A DNA stretch of 24,000 nt from Candidatus Thorarchaeota archaeon. GTDB lineage: Archaea; Asgardarchaeota; Heimdallarchaeia; Hodarchaeales; Hodarchaeaceae. The DNA lies in contig JBHLRO010000030.1 in the NCBI GenBank assembly GCA_048882505.1, forward strand, positions 11,350 through 35,349, read 5' to 3'. The notes under the pieces were generated by a model. The model worked only from the letters and a program-made list of their open reading frames with translations. It had not been told where the DNA came from and made no database searches. Positions 1-8,067 of the stretch are shown piece after piece. The translations under genes and the position numbers were made by a program. The first letter of the stretch is position 1. Each line of letters begins with the position of its first letter.

Positions 1-1
1 T

Positions 2-91
2 CCAGTTATGCTTACACGAACCCTCGGACGGATGGCTGAAAAAGGAATACTTAACTTCGATGAGTCTCGTGATATTATTAGATACGAGTGA
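2..91 (+). CDS. C-terminal fragment of an upstream protein, possibly a winged-helix regulator (partial)
   Basis: Open frame from the window edge reads PVMLTRTLGRMAEKGILNFDESRDIIRYE* with a TGA stop at 89-91. It overlaps the start of the next ORF. The helix plus beta-wing-like ending resembles CRP-type wHTH C-termini. Confidence 0.4.
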   Translation, partial: PVMLTRTLGRMAEKGILNFDESRDIIRYE

Positions 92-1148
92 GGCGGAAAT
101 TATCACGATATCCGAATTAAGTAATGAACCAGAAAATCTGCATGAAGATTGGGTTTTCCATCGAAATCTTACATCAGGAAAAACCCAGTGTTTAGCATGT
201 GCCCGCCATTGTCACTTGATTTCAGGTGAAATTGGATGGTGTGGTGCACGGATGTGTCAGGAAGGGAAAGTTGTACCTAGAACGTATGGTTTGGTTTCTT
301 CCGTTGCTGTTGACCCCATTGAGAAAAAACCCCTTTACCACTTTCTACCTGGAACGGGTATCCTTAGCATCGGTGCTACTGGGTGTAATATGAGGTGCCT
401 CCACTGTCAAAACCATTCTATATCCCAAAGCCGGGCCATCGCTCACCTCCAAAGAGTATCTCCTCGTGAACTCGTGAATCAGGCATTGGAAAGGAATCTA
501 CCTTCTATAGCGAGTACGTATAATGAACCGATGATTGCTTACGAATATGTTAGGGATATTGGAAGGATAGCCCATCAAGAAGGATTGAAGATGGTGGTCG
601 TAGATAATGGCTACATTAGCAAACGACTGGCAGAAAGACTCACACCTTATCTTGATGGGGCTAATATTGATGTTAAAGGTTTTTCCGACGAATTCTATGG
701 GGAAATCTGTGACGTGAGGGCATGGAAGCTCGTTTTGAAGACCTGTGAAGTTTTTTTCCAACGGGGTGTGCATCTAGAGATAACTAACCTCATTATCCCA
801 ACGAAGAATGATAATATGGAGATGATTAGGGAGATGTGTGAATGGATGGTGACCAAACTCAGTCCAAATGTACCTCTCCACTTCTCAGCGTTTCACCCTG
901 ATTACAGATTGAGGAACCTACCTCACACTCCCATGAAAACATTAGAAGATGCCCTAGCGGTTGCCAAGGACGTAGGGCTTAATTATGTATATCTTGGGAA
1001 TGTTAGGGGTCGTAAGGGTAACGATACTTACTGTCATAACTGTCATAGCCATTTAATCTCTCGTGCTGGCTATTATACGAAGCTACTTGGAATTACGGAG
1101 GGTAGATGCACTAAATGCAACACAGAAATTCCAGGGGTCTTTCTCTAA
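60..1148 (+). CDS. amrS: AmmeMemoRadiSam system-type radical SAM enzyme (pyruvate-formate-lyase-activating-like)
   Basis: ORF of 362 aa with radical SAM motif CNMRCLHCQN, upstream Cys cluster CLACARHCHLISGEIGWCGAR, and sequence ASTYNEPMIAYEYVRD...VDNGYI, typical of this family. Confidence 0.9.
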   Translation: MSLVILLDTSEAEIITISELSNEPENLHEDWVFHRNLTSGKTQCLACARHCHLISGEIGWCGARMCQEGKVVPRTYGLVSSVAVDPIEKKPLYHFLPGTGILSIGATGCNMRCLHCQNHSISQSRAIAHLQRVSPRELVNQALERNLPSIASTYNEPMIAYEYVRDIGRIAHQEGLKMVVVDNGYISKRLAERLTPYLDGANIDVKGFSDEFYGEICDVRAWKLVLKTCEVFFQRGVHLEITNLIIPTKNDNMEMIREMCEWMVTKLSPNVPLHFSAFHPDYRLRNLPHTPMKTLEDALAVAKDVGLNYVYLGNVRGRKGNDTYCHNCHSHLISRAGYYTKLLGITEGRCTKCNTEIPGVFL

Positions 1149-1160
1149 TTCAGATCAGCC

Positions 1161-1586
1161 TTAAATAATTCTAATAGGGAGTTCTATTACCTTTCCCTTG
1201 CGAAGGGCGAATGCTTTGAGTTTTGGATCGGATCCGTCCCCTCCGATCAACCACGTATAAGGATACGGCCAATATTCCATGAAATGTATGTCCTGGAGAG
1301 AAGGGGCGAGACGAGCATTCTTAGGATGACTGTGAAATATCCCTACTAACTCTCTTCCCTCTTTCTCGTATTTCATAATGTGGTGGTAGAAGATTTCATA
1401 ATCGATACTGAAGTGGGTCGATGATTCATCCAGATTGAGCATTGGTTCGAAATCTGTTACATTAACATGATCCTGGGGCTCCCATTCTCCAAAAGCGAGT
1501 CCTACAACTTCAATAGGTTGATCTTCTTTTAACAATGATATAATTTCTCGGTAACAAGAATTAGAAATAGATATAGAAGGTGACAC
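1161..1586 (-). CDS. JAMM/MPN (Mov34/PAD-1-like) metalloprotease domain protein
   Basis: 141 aa ORF with HSHPKNARLAPSLQD, matching the JAMM H-x-H-P-x(n)-S-x-x-D signature. An upstream Glu-rich region could supply the catalytic Glu. Confidence 0.82.
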   Translation of the reverse strand: MSPSISISNSCYREIISLLKEDQPIEVVGLAFGEWEPQDHVNVTDFEPMLNLDESSTHFSIDYEIFYHHIMKYEKEGRELVGIFHSHPKNARLAPSLQDIHFMEYWPYPYTWLIGGDGSDPKLKAFALRKGKVIELPIRII

Positions 1587-1638
1587 AGAACCACCTCCAT
1601 TATTTAATCATATGAAGAGCTTAGGAACGTGCCTTTAT

Positions 1639-3039
1639 TTATGGATATTCAGGATGAACACTATACGGGGGAATAATCTTATCAGGAGAGTTCAGGGCTT
1701 CAATATACCGCTGCTGGGCCGCTGGTTCACCGTGGATCGGCAAAATCTTGGTTGGGTTTGTATATTTTACGACCTCGAGGAGGCCTCCTTGGGAGGCATG
1801 GCCTGAGAATTGGAATCGTTTTACCTCCAATTCAAGGTTAACATTATAGAGGCCTCCAAAACCGTTGTTCAATAAAATTTGTCGCTGCCCTGCGATTATA
1901 TCTGATCCTACAGTCCCTTCGACTTGATAGCCCACGATATAAAGGCCGTTTTTTGGGTCACTCCCTAGATCGAACTTTCCCAGATATTCGTAAATTGGAC
2001 CGCCCTCGATCATACCCGATGTCGTCAATATGATGATAGGTTTTTCCTGATTTGCCAATAATGCTCGTTTTCTATTTCTTCCTCCAGTTGGAAGGATCTC
2101 ATCAATTTTGTGGATACCCTCATGGTCGAATGGTGATTTGTATCCATTCGCTTTTAGAAAGCTAAGCAATCGTTTGGATACCCACTTTTCGGTTAAATAC
2201 CGTCTATATATCTTGTTTATATCAAGGATCATGCCATCTATCCAGAGTTGATATGAATCTAGAAACGTGTCAAACTCCTGGATCAAGTAGGTTTGAATTT
2301 CTTGTGAACGGCCCAGTGCAAATGAGGGTATTATCGCTTTTCCACCTCGGGAATAACACTGTAGTAATTTTTGTGTTAACTTTGAGGTTGTTTCCTTCCG
2401 CGATGGTAAAGGCCGAGTGGCATTGGTAGTCTCCGTAATCAATATATCGATGGGTTCCTCCAAAGAATCATTCATGAAATTCGGATCATGAAAGGGTGTT
2501 TTGGCGTCATTTATATCCCCGGTATAAAAAATCCTGGTTCCATCCCAATCAAGCAGAATGCACGCACTACCTAAGATGTGACTAGCATCATAAAATTCAG
2601 CAGAAATACCGTCCAAAAGTCGAAAAGATCGGTTATAATTGTGAGGAACAGAATTTCGCAGGGCGTGATCGAGATGACGAAGACTAAAATGAGTTTCTCC
2701 CTCGATTTTCAAGTGGTCTTTCCATAAAATTTTCACGATATCTTTTGTAGGTGCCGTTAGATGGATATCATTAGCATATCCCCAGCGATAGAGGGCTGGA
2801 ACATATGCTGAATGGTCTATATGAGCGTGGGAAACCAACACGGCATCTATATCAGGGCTTAGATCATCGAGCTGCGCGGGGGGAGTCGATCGTTGGTCTG
2901 TTCTTCTTGGATGAAGTTGAATACCTGCATCCAAGATGATCCGTCTATCTCTGTCTGAAATCATAATACATGATTTGCCAACGGATTCTGCGGCCCCAAG
3001 CACTGTGACTGTAAGCATTTCGATCAAGCCATAAGGCAT
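1639..3039 (-). CDS. Beta-CASP family metallo-beta-lactamase-fold ribonuclease (mRNA 3'-end processing/RNase J-like)
   Basis: 466 aa ORF with SHAHIDHS, ASHILGSA, FYTGDIND, TTSGMIEGG, FSGHASQGGL and ILPIHGEP motifs. The likely start is the internal Met (MLTVTVLGAAESVGKSC, near 3018). Confidence 0.88.
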   Translation of the reverse strand: MPYGLIEMLTVTVLGAAESVGKSCIMISDRDRRIILDAGIQLHPRRTDQRSTPPAQLDDLSPDIDAVLVSHAHIDHSAYVPALYRWGYANDIHLTAPTKDIVKILWKDHLKIEGETHFSLRHLDHALRNSVPHNYNRSFRLLDGISAEFYDASHILGSACILLDWDGTRIFYTGDINDAKTPFHDPNFMNDSLEEPIDILITETTNATRPLPSRKETTSKLTQKLLQCYSRGGKAIIPSFALGRSQEIQTYLIQEFDTFLDSYQLWIDGMILDINKIYRRYLTEKWVSKRLLSFLKANGYKSPFDHEGIHKIDEILPTGGRNRKRALLANQEKPIIILTTSGMIEGGPIYEYLGKFDLGSDPKNGLYIVGYQVEGTVGSDIIAGQRQILLNNGFGGLYNVNLELEVKRFQFSGHASQGGLLEVVKYTNPTKILPIHGEPAAQQRYIEALNSPDKIIPPYSVHPEYP

Positions 3040-3215
3040 GTGATAGAGGAACGGTGGTTAATCAGGGTAAAAACTGGAGATCCACTGTTTTCTCTGCTGA
3101 AGCAACGAGAGAATACCCACAATAAGAATTTTCGGTTCTATATTTCGAACCAATGGTTCGTCTAAGGAAAAATCTATATAACCAAAGAGTCCTCCCCCCC
3201 CTTAGGTGCACTCTG

Positions 3216-3923
3216 ATGCCAGTCGACCCACAACAAATACCGCTTTCAGGGATTCCCATTGGCATTTTTCTGATGTTTTTGGGTTCACTCCTGGGATTAA
3301 TTCCTTTATATGACCTTGGATTTATAATATTCCTCGGTTCACTAGCAATAGTGTTTATTCAATGGATTAGTAGCGGGGGTATTGCAGAAATGTTAAATTG
3401 GCTTCCATTGGTTTTGATACTGGCAATTGTCTTAACACTTTCGTCTGATTTCGTGAGTCAATCCCCTGAAACTCAAGTTTTTACATGGCCTTTGATACTC
3501 TTCGTTTTAGTGCTGATCCTTGGTTTCATGTTCGCTCAAGGAGGGGATCTAAGTTTTATTATGCCTTTTTTACCGTTTTTATTAGGAATCGGCATAATTG
3601 GAGTGGTAGGCGGGGAATTATTGTGGCAAGACGCGTTTCGGGGTTTGGCTTATAGTATTGGCTTTCTAGGGATTGTGGTTGTGCTTATTTGGCTGCGAGT
3701 CCGTAAAACCCAACGTATGGCACCTATAGTAGGGGATAAGGAACATATGATTGGAAAAACAGGACTAACTCTAAGTTTGATCTCCCCTGACGTTGAAGGA
3801 CGCGTGAGGGTTGGGGGGGCGACTTGGAAGGCACAGTCTGAGGTTAAAATCTATGAGAATGAGCCGATTCAAGTCGTGGGCATTGAAGGCTTGGTTCTCA
3901 AAGTCAAACCAAAATCAAGATGA
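3216..3923 (+). CDS. NfeD-family membrane protein
   Basis: ORF track 3153..3923. The more plausible ATG is at 3216 (MPVDPQQIPLSG...). Several hydrophobic helices are followed by a C-terminal OB-fold-like segment (GKTGLTLSLISPDVEGRVRVGGATWKAQSEVKIYENEPIQVVGIEGLVLKVKP), typical of NfeD. Confidence 0.85.
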   Translation: MPVDPQQIPLSGIPIGIFLMFLGSLLGLIPLYDLGFIIFLGSLAIVFIQWISSGGIAEMLNWLPLVLILAIVLTLSSDFVSQSPETQVFTWPLILFVLVLILGFMFAQGGDLSFIMPFLPFLLGIGIIGVVGGELLWQDAFRGLAYSIGFLGIVVVLIWLRVRKTQRMAPIVGDKEHMIGKTGLTLSLISPDVEGRVRVGGATWKAQSEVKIYENEPIQVVGIEGLVLKVKPKSR

Positions 3924-3975
3924 CCCCTAATTCGTTATTTTTGCACTTCTGTCCGTGTCAACGATCCCTCGGAAA

Positions 3976-3986
3976 TTATATATTAA
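3976..3986 (+). promoter_or_regulatory. Putative TATA/box A promoter element for tRNA-Val
   Basis: TTATATATTAA about 60 nt upstream of the tRNA 5' end, inside an AT-rich intergenic region. Confidence 0.4.
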
Positions 3987-4045
3987 TCAAGATGGAATAT
4001 TATCTATTAGATCAAAATCATGATCTTAGACCTATAACGGATCAA

Positions 4046-4119
4046 GGGCCGGTGGTCTAGCTCGGTATGACGGCTCCCTCACACGGAGCAGGTCGATGGT
4101 TCAAATCCGTCCCGGCCCA
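4046..4119 (+). tRNA. tRNA-Val (anticodon CAC)
   Basis: Manual cloverleaf: acceptor GGGCCGG/CCGGCCC; anticodon stem GCTCC/GGAGC with loop CTCACAC (anticodon CAC); T arm GATGG-TTCAAAT-CCGTC; D-loop AGCTCGGTA; discriminator A; no encoded CCA. Confidence 0.93.
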
Positions 4120-4140
4120 TTCTCTTTATTGGCCCATGAA

Positions 4141-6378
4141 TCATGTGGAAGATTCAAACGCATCCAAAATATACGAGTATATGGTTTTTTCTTCTCCGGA
4201 CGATTTGGCAAACAATCGTCGCACAATTAATTCTGGTGTACTAGCTGCATATTGATAATACACTGGGGTACGATCCACCAAAAGTTCTAAATCCTCCGAA
4301 AGTCCTTGCGCTTCAATGCCATCAATTCTTAGAGCCTCTTTGCTGTATTTTGCAATTTCTTGAGCGAGATGAGTAACGAAAATCCCCACAGAATGCGATG
4401 ATCGTCCCAATAAATCAAGAAACGCGGCGATCACACGAGCGGATGCCCCCGGTTCAGAGATACTCTCCATTTCGTCTGCTAAAACCAAACGAGAATGAGG
4501 GCTCATGATCATCTGCGAGAGAGTTTGCAGCGTAGTTTCGAAAGCACCTGCATCCATCTGGCCTGCCGCCTTTCTATAGTAATGGAGTTCCTTGAATCCT
4601 CCTAGCACTGCTTTTTTACACGGAATTGGGAGTCCCATCTGACCAAGAATTACCATTACGGCAAGTGAAACGATCAGGGTTGTCTTACCTCCGCTATTGG
4701 CACCAGAGAGCAGAACAATGCGTTCTCCGCTTACTACTCCATCGATCGTTCCAACTTCACCTACTGCATAAGATACTGGCTGAACCTTTGCTCCACCGCG
4801 TAGCTCCTGCTGGGCGAGAAATAGATTACGACCATTTTCAATTAATAATCCAGTTTTCGAGGATTCCCCGAGTTGAGGTAGGATTAATTGATATGTTGAA
4901 GCGAACTTACCCAGCATAAATAGGTAATCAAGTTCCAACATGTAGTTTAATGCTTGTTTAGCGATGTTTTCATATTGTTTCAGCGCTTTGGCCAGTCTAG
5001 TCTTTAACTCAAAGGATTTGATGGCACGTCGTTGTCGAAGATATGTTGTTAAACGGGAAACAATATCCTCAACAGGATCTACGGGATATCGAAGTTCTCG
5101 TGGAAATATCCCTACAAGGTATTCAATCTCCTCGTCCTGGAGATCAAGGGCTTTGATAAGACTTTCTTCCGCCTTATTTATGATCTCTTCAACTGCCATG
5201 AAGAGTTCATCATCCAAGTATTCTCGAAGATCCGTCCGACCACTGTCGGGAGCGTATTGGGAATCTTCAGATGAAATACCCTTAATGAGGGCGAGGATTT
5301 TTTCTCCTCCGAGTTCAACTGTGGACTGTTGGAGCTTTTTCTCAAGAGCCTCATTAAGTCCGATGAGAATCTCATCGAGCTTGGTTTCAAATAGCGTCTC
5401 TGCTCGTAATAAACGGGAGTATTCCACATTTAGGTCTGAGGTTGGTTCCCCAGATTCTTCCAAATTCCCCAGTTCTTTTCCCATTTCTCTTAGCATCTCT
5501 AGATCGAGATCCTCAATATAGGCACTTAACGCGGAGGACGGTAGAGTTTGAAGGAGATGGGTGAGACCGGCAATTGATTCAAGCGTTCTTTTGTTTCTGG
5601 CGAAAAAACTTAGGGTTTTTTCCGGAACAATCTGAACCAGATCATTCCGAGCCGATTCGCCGACCGTCACAACATTAGGAAGACTGTCATCTAGCAGGAC
5701 ATCAGAACCAATCCAGATAATCTCATCATATCCTTTTGTATAATCGCCTATTCGTTCGATATCATCGATAAGAGTAACCTCACAATGATAACCTACATCG
5801 GATGTGGTAAGATCTTTAAACAAATCCCTGTCAGGAGTGACAATCAATCTTGATGCAGTGTCAAGGCGCGCCTTTTGCTCTTTAAGAGGAGTTAGATTGC
5901 GCAAGAGAGTGTCATATTCCTTGTAGGAATGAGGGGATGCATGAATTAGTGATGCCAATTGCATTCCCAGATGAGCCACATTTTGACGTTCCCTGATTTT
6001 ATCGAGTGCAGAAATAGGGAGAGGGAAGTAGAGATACAATTTTGAGCGAGCATACAGGGTATTTGCAAATTTAGCAATGATATCAATCGTCTGATTGTAG
6101 ATACGGATTGCATCCTCGGTTTTCAAGAAATTCCGAACATCTTCTCCTGTTTCTTGAAAATGCAGATTGCGGCACAAGCTTAAAGCGAATTTTTCCCCGA
6201 TTCCTTCAATAGCTGAGATTTCAGCTATCCGAGATTCACGTAATGCTAGTAGAACGGCAGCTTCACTTCCAAATGCGGCTACGAGCCTATCTGCCACGGA
6301 GGGCCCAATCCCACGAATATCTCGAAGGTTTGTTATACTCAAAGTCTGTTCCTTTCGCTTGGCTATCTTTTTAAACAA
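4141..6378 (-). CDS. MutS-like ATPase with N-terminal helix-hairpin-helix region (archaeal MutS-related/MutS2-like)
   Basis: 745 aa ORF with HhH motifs IRGIGPSVADRLVAAFG and AIEGIGEKFALSLCR, Walker A SGANSGGKTTL, Walker B-like LVLADEMESISEPGASA, and MutS-type C-terminal FVTHLAQE. Confidence 0.85.
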   Translation of the reverse strand: MFKKIAKRKEQTLSITNLRDIRGIGPSVADRLVAAFGSEAAVLLALRESRIAEISAIEGIGEKFALSLCRNLHFQETGEDVRNFLKTEDAIRIYNQTIDIIAKFANTLYARSKLYLYFPLPISALDKIRERQNVAHLGMQLASLIHASPHSYKEYDTLLRNLTPLKEQKARLDTASRLIVTPDRDLFKDLTTSDVGYHCEVTLIDDIERIGDYTKGYDEIIWIGSDVLLDDSLPNVVTVGESARNDLVQIVPEKTLSFFARNKRTLESIAGLTHLLQTLPSSALSAYIEDLDLEMLREMGKELGNLEESGEPTSDLNVEYSRLLRAETLFETKLDEILIGLNEALEKKLQQSTVELGGEKILALIKGISSEDSQYAPDSGRTDLREYLDDELFMAVEEIINKAEESLIKALDLQDEEIEYLVGIFPRELRYPVDPVEDIVSRLTTYLRQRRAIKSFELKTRLAKALKQYENIAKQALNYMLELDYLFMLGKFASTYQLILPQLGESSKTGLLIENGRNLFLAQQELRGGAKVQPVSYAVGEVGTIDGVVSGERIVLLSGANSGGKTTLIVSLAVMVILGQMGLPIPCKKAVLGGFKELHYYRKAAGQMDAGAFETTLQTLSQMIMSPHSRLVLADEMESISEPGASARVIAAFLDLLGRSSHSVGIFVTHLAQEIAKYSKEALRIDGIEAQGLSEDLELLVDRTPVYYQYAASTPELIVRRLFAKSSGEEKTIYSYILDAFESST

Positions 6379-6532
6379 GAATCCCAGGATTCTTTTTTGC
6401 TTTTTTCTCCTTTAACTCCCACATAGCGCTAGTAAATTCAAAATTAAAAACAATTTTCTGCTATATTTTCTCAACTCGACAGGAAATCTTCGATTCGGAA
6501 TATTAACAGTCAAAGTCAAAAGCAATCGATAA

Positions 6533-7495
6533 TTAAATACCAAGTTTGGTTATTCGTTTTGGATTTACCTCACGAATAAAAGTATGTAGCTCAGAAAACG
6601 AACAATGGTCACTATATGGGAAAAAATGGACATCAAGGCGTTTGTGGGCCAATTTTATTGCCCAACCCGTCGGTGATATTCGTAGTGCGTCCGAAATTTT
6701 GGGATGTAAGGAATTATCAATTCCCTGGAGATTTTCAACCATTCTTCTACTCCCAACAAAGACTTGAACATCATCGTTGTCTGTGAAAATATCCCATTCC
6801 CCGCCAATCTCCTTAAAAATCTCAATTTTTTGAGGTGGGGCCCAGATTTTTTTTCCAATTGCTTTGCTGATTGTTTGAAATAAAATCTCCTTGCCTATCT
6901 GGTATGCGGACAACCAGACATTTCTTTCAGGGTAATTTCCTGGGGCATGAATTAAGGTAAGGATATCCGAAATAAGCTCCTTGCGAGAAGGAAAATCATA
7001 TTTTGGATCTCTTCCATACACGTAGTCCACGTATAAATGATCAGGATTTCTTAATAATTCCATTTCCTCAATGATGACTGAACCAAGACGAAAATCGCCC
7101 GTATATACTTCTTTAGTTCCATCATTATCTTCTATAACAAACATTAAGCTGCCCAGACAATGATTGGCGTCCAGACAGTGAACCTTAAAATCGTCAAAAT
7201 CCAAAGATTGGCTAGGTTTGACGATTAAGCACTTTTCCCGGGGAATTCGATGTAAAGCTTTGATAACCGCCGCTGTTTCTCGTGTACATACGACCGTAGA
7301 ATCTTGAGCGGTAATAATATTCTTTAATCCTCTAGTATGGTCAGAATGGGCATGTGATAGGAAAAAATACCCGGATGAAGGTCTTCTGCGATCGTTTCTA
7401 CCAAAAGGAAATTCATCGAAATAACTTCTGGCGATCGAAGAATACACGTCGATTTCCTCTTGATATCTAGTGGGAAAAACCTCTTGAATGAACAA
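6533..7495 (-). CDS. SNM1/Pso2/Artemis-like beta-CASP MBL-fold nuclease
   Basis: 320 aa ORF with FLSHAHSDHTRG, DANHCLGSLMFV, VYTGDFRLG, ISPTGWA and FPYSDHCSFSEL. These correspond to the HxHxDH, HCPGS, TGDFR, PTGW and YSEHSSF motifs of the DNA cross-link repair family. Confidence 0.85.
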   Translation of the reverse strand: MFIQEVFPTRYQEEIDVYSSIARSYFDEFPFGRNDRRRPSSGYFFLSHAHSDHTRGLKNIITAQDSTVVCTRETAAVIKALHRIPREKCLIVKPSQSLDFDDFKVHCLDANHCLGSLMFVIEDNDGTKEVYTGDFRLGSVIIEEMELLRNPDHLYVDYVYGRDPKYDFPSRKELISDILTLIHAPGNYPERNVWLSAYQIGKEILFQTISKAIGKKIWAPPQKIEIFKEIGGEWDIFTDNDDVQVFVGSRRMVENLQGIDNSLHPKISDALRISPTGWAIKLAHKRLDVHFFPYSDHCSFSELHTFIREVNPKRITKLGI

Positions 7496-7662
7496 TAAAT
7501 GTGGTACGATTCAGTTTGGTTTATCAGTTTTCCAATTGGTTAATTTACGGTAGTAATCCTTATTCCTTCTTGTCCAGCAACATGGAACGAGTAAAAGACA
7601 TCATCCTAGATATTAAACCATCCAAAAGTAGATTGCGAAAATTTTTAAAGACTCTTAGAACC

Positions 7663-7787
7663 GCCTTTAATTGAATCTAAAGGTACAGAATCTCACGTTG
7701 TATCATGACATCGAGATCCTGCCGGAAGTTAAGCCGAGTTTCGTTCTGATCTGTACTGTTATGCGCGAGCTTACGGGAACATCAGAA
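7663..7787 (+). rRNA. Candidate 5S ribosomal RNA, possibly with a circularly permuted helix I
   Basis: Contains CCGGAAGTTAAGCC (archaeal 5S loop B/C consensus) followed at ungapped spacing by GTACTG..ATGCGCGAGC..ACGGGAA (helix IV/loop E region). Helix V is TTCTGAT (7744-7750)/ATCAGAA (7781-7787). Helix II is GAATCTC (7688-7694)/GAGTTTC (7736-7742) with one mismatch. No linear helix I partner was found after 7787, but GCCTTTA (7663-7669) pairs with TAAAGGT (7678-7684). Confidence 0.62.
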
Positions 7788-8067
7788 AACGGGTATTGCC
7801 CGTTCATAGGGCTCGAGTAACACCCGGTCTCATTCCGAAAGATATGAAGGAATTTCTTCATTCCGGGAACCCGGAAACAGGATCCTCATGTCCATTTACT
7901 TGGATATTAGGGATGTGGAGAGTATGTTGTTTTTAGAATAGACATCGAAGGTTTTCCCCAAGGACCAATGTCCATATTCGTGATTTTTAATGTATATGAA
8001 TCGATTCTTATCAAAGGAATGAAAAAGCAGATTCAAAATCATTTCAGTTTTGGTTGGGACTGTTATA

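Noticed and set aside
3191-3201. Poly-C run (C8) possibly causing a frameshift in the NfeD gene
   Set aside because: The run is upstream of the plausible ATG at 3216, so it does not disrupt the predicted protein.
4626-5521. ORFs 4626..4919 (+), 4964..5521 (+) and 5178..5429 (-)
   Set aside because: They lie inside the MutS-like gene in other frames, with low-complexity Ser/Arg-rich translations. These are shadow ORFs.
7664-7885. RNase P RNA or SRP RNA identity for the structured RNA at this locus
   Set aside because: Expected conserved elements (GAGGAAAGUCC/ACAGAAnnCGGCUUA for RNase P; the SRP helix 8 GGAAGG..AGCAG motif) were not found, whereas the 5S loop and helix IV/V consensus fits at ungapped spacing.
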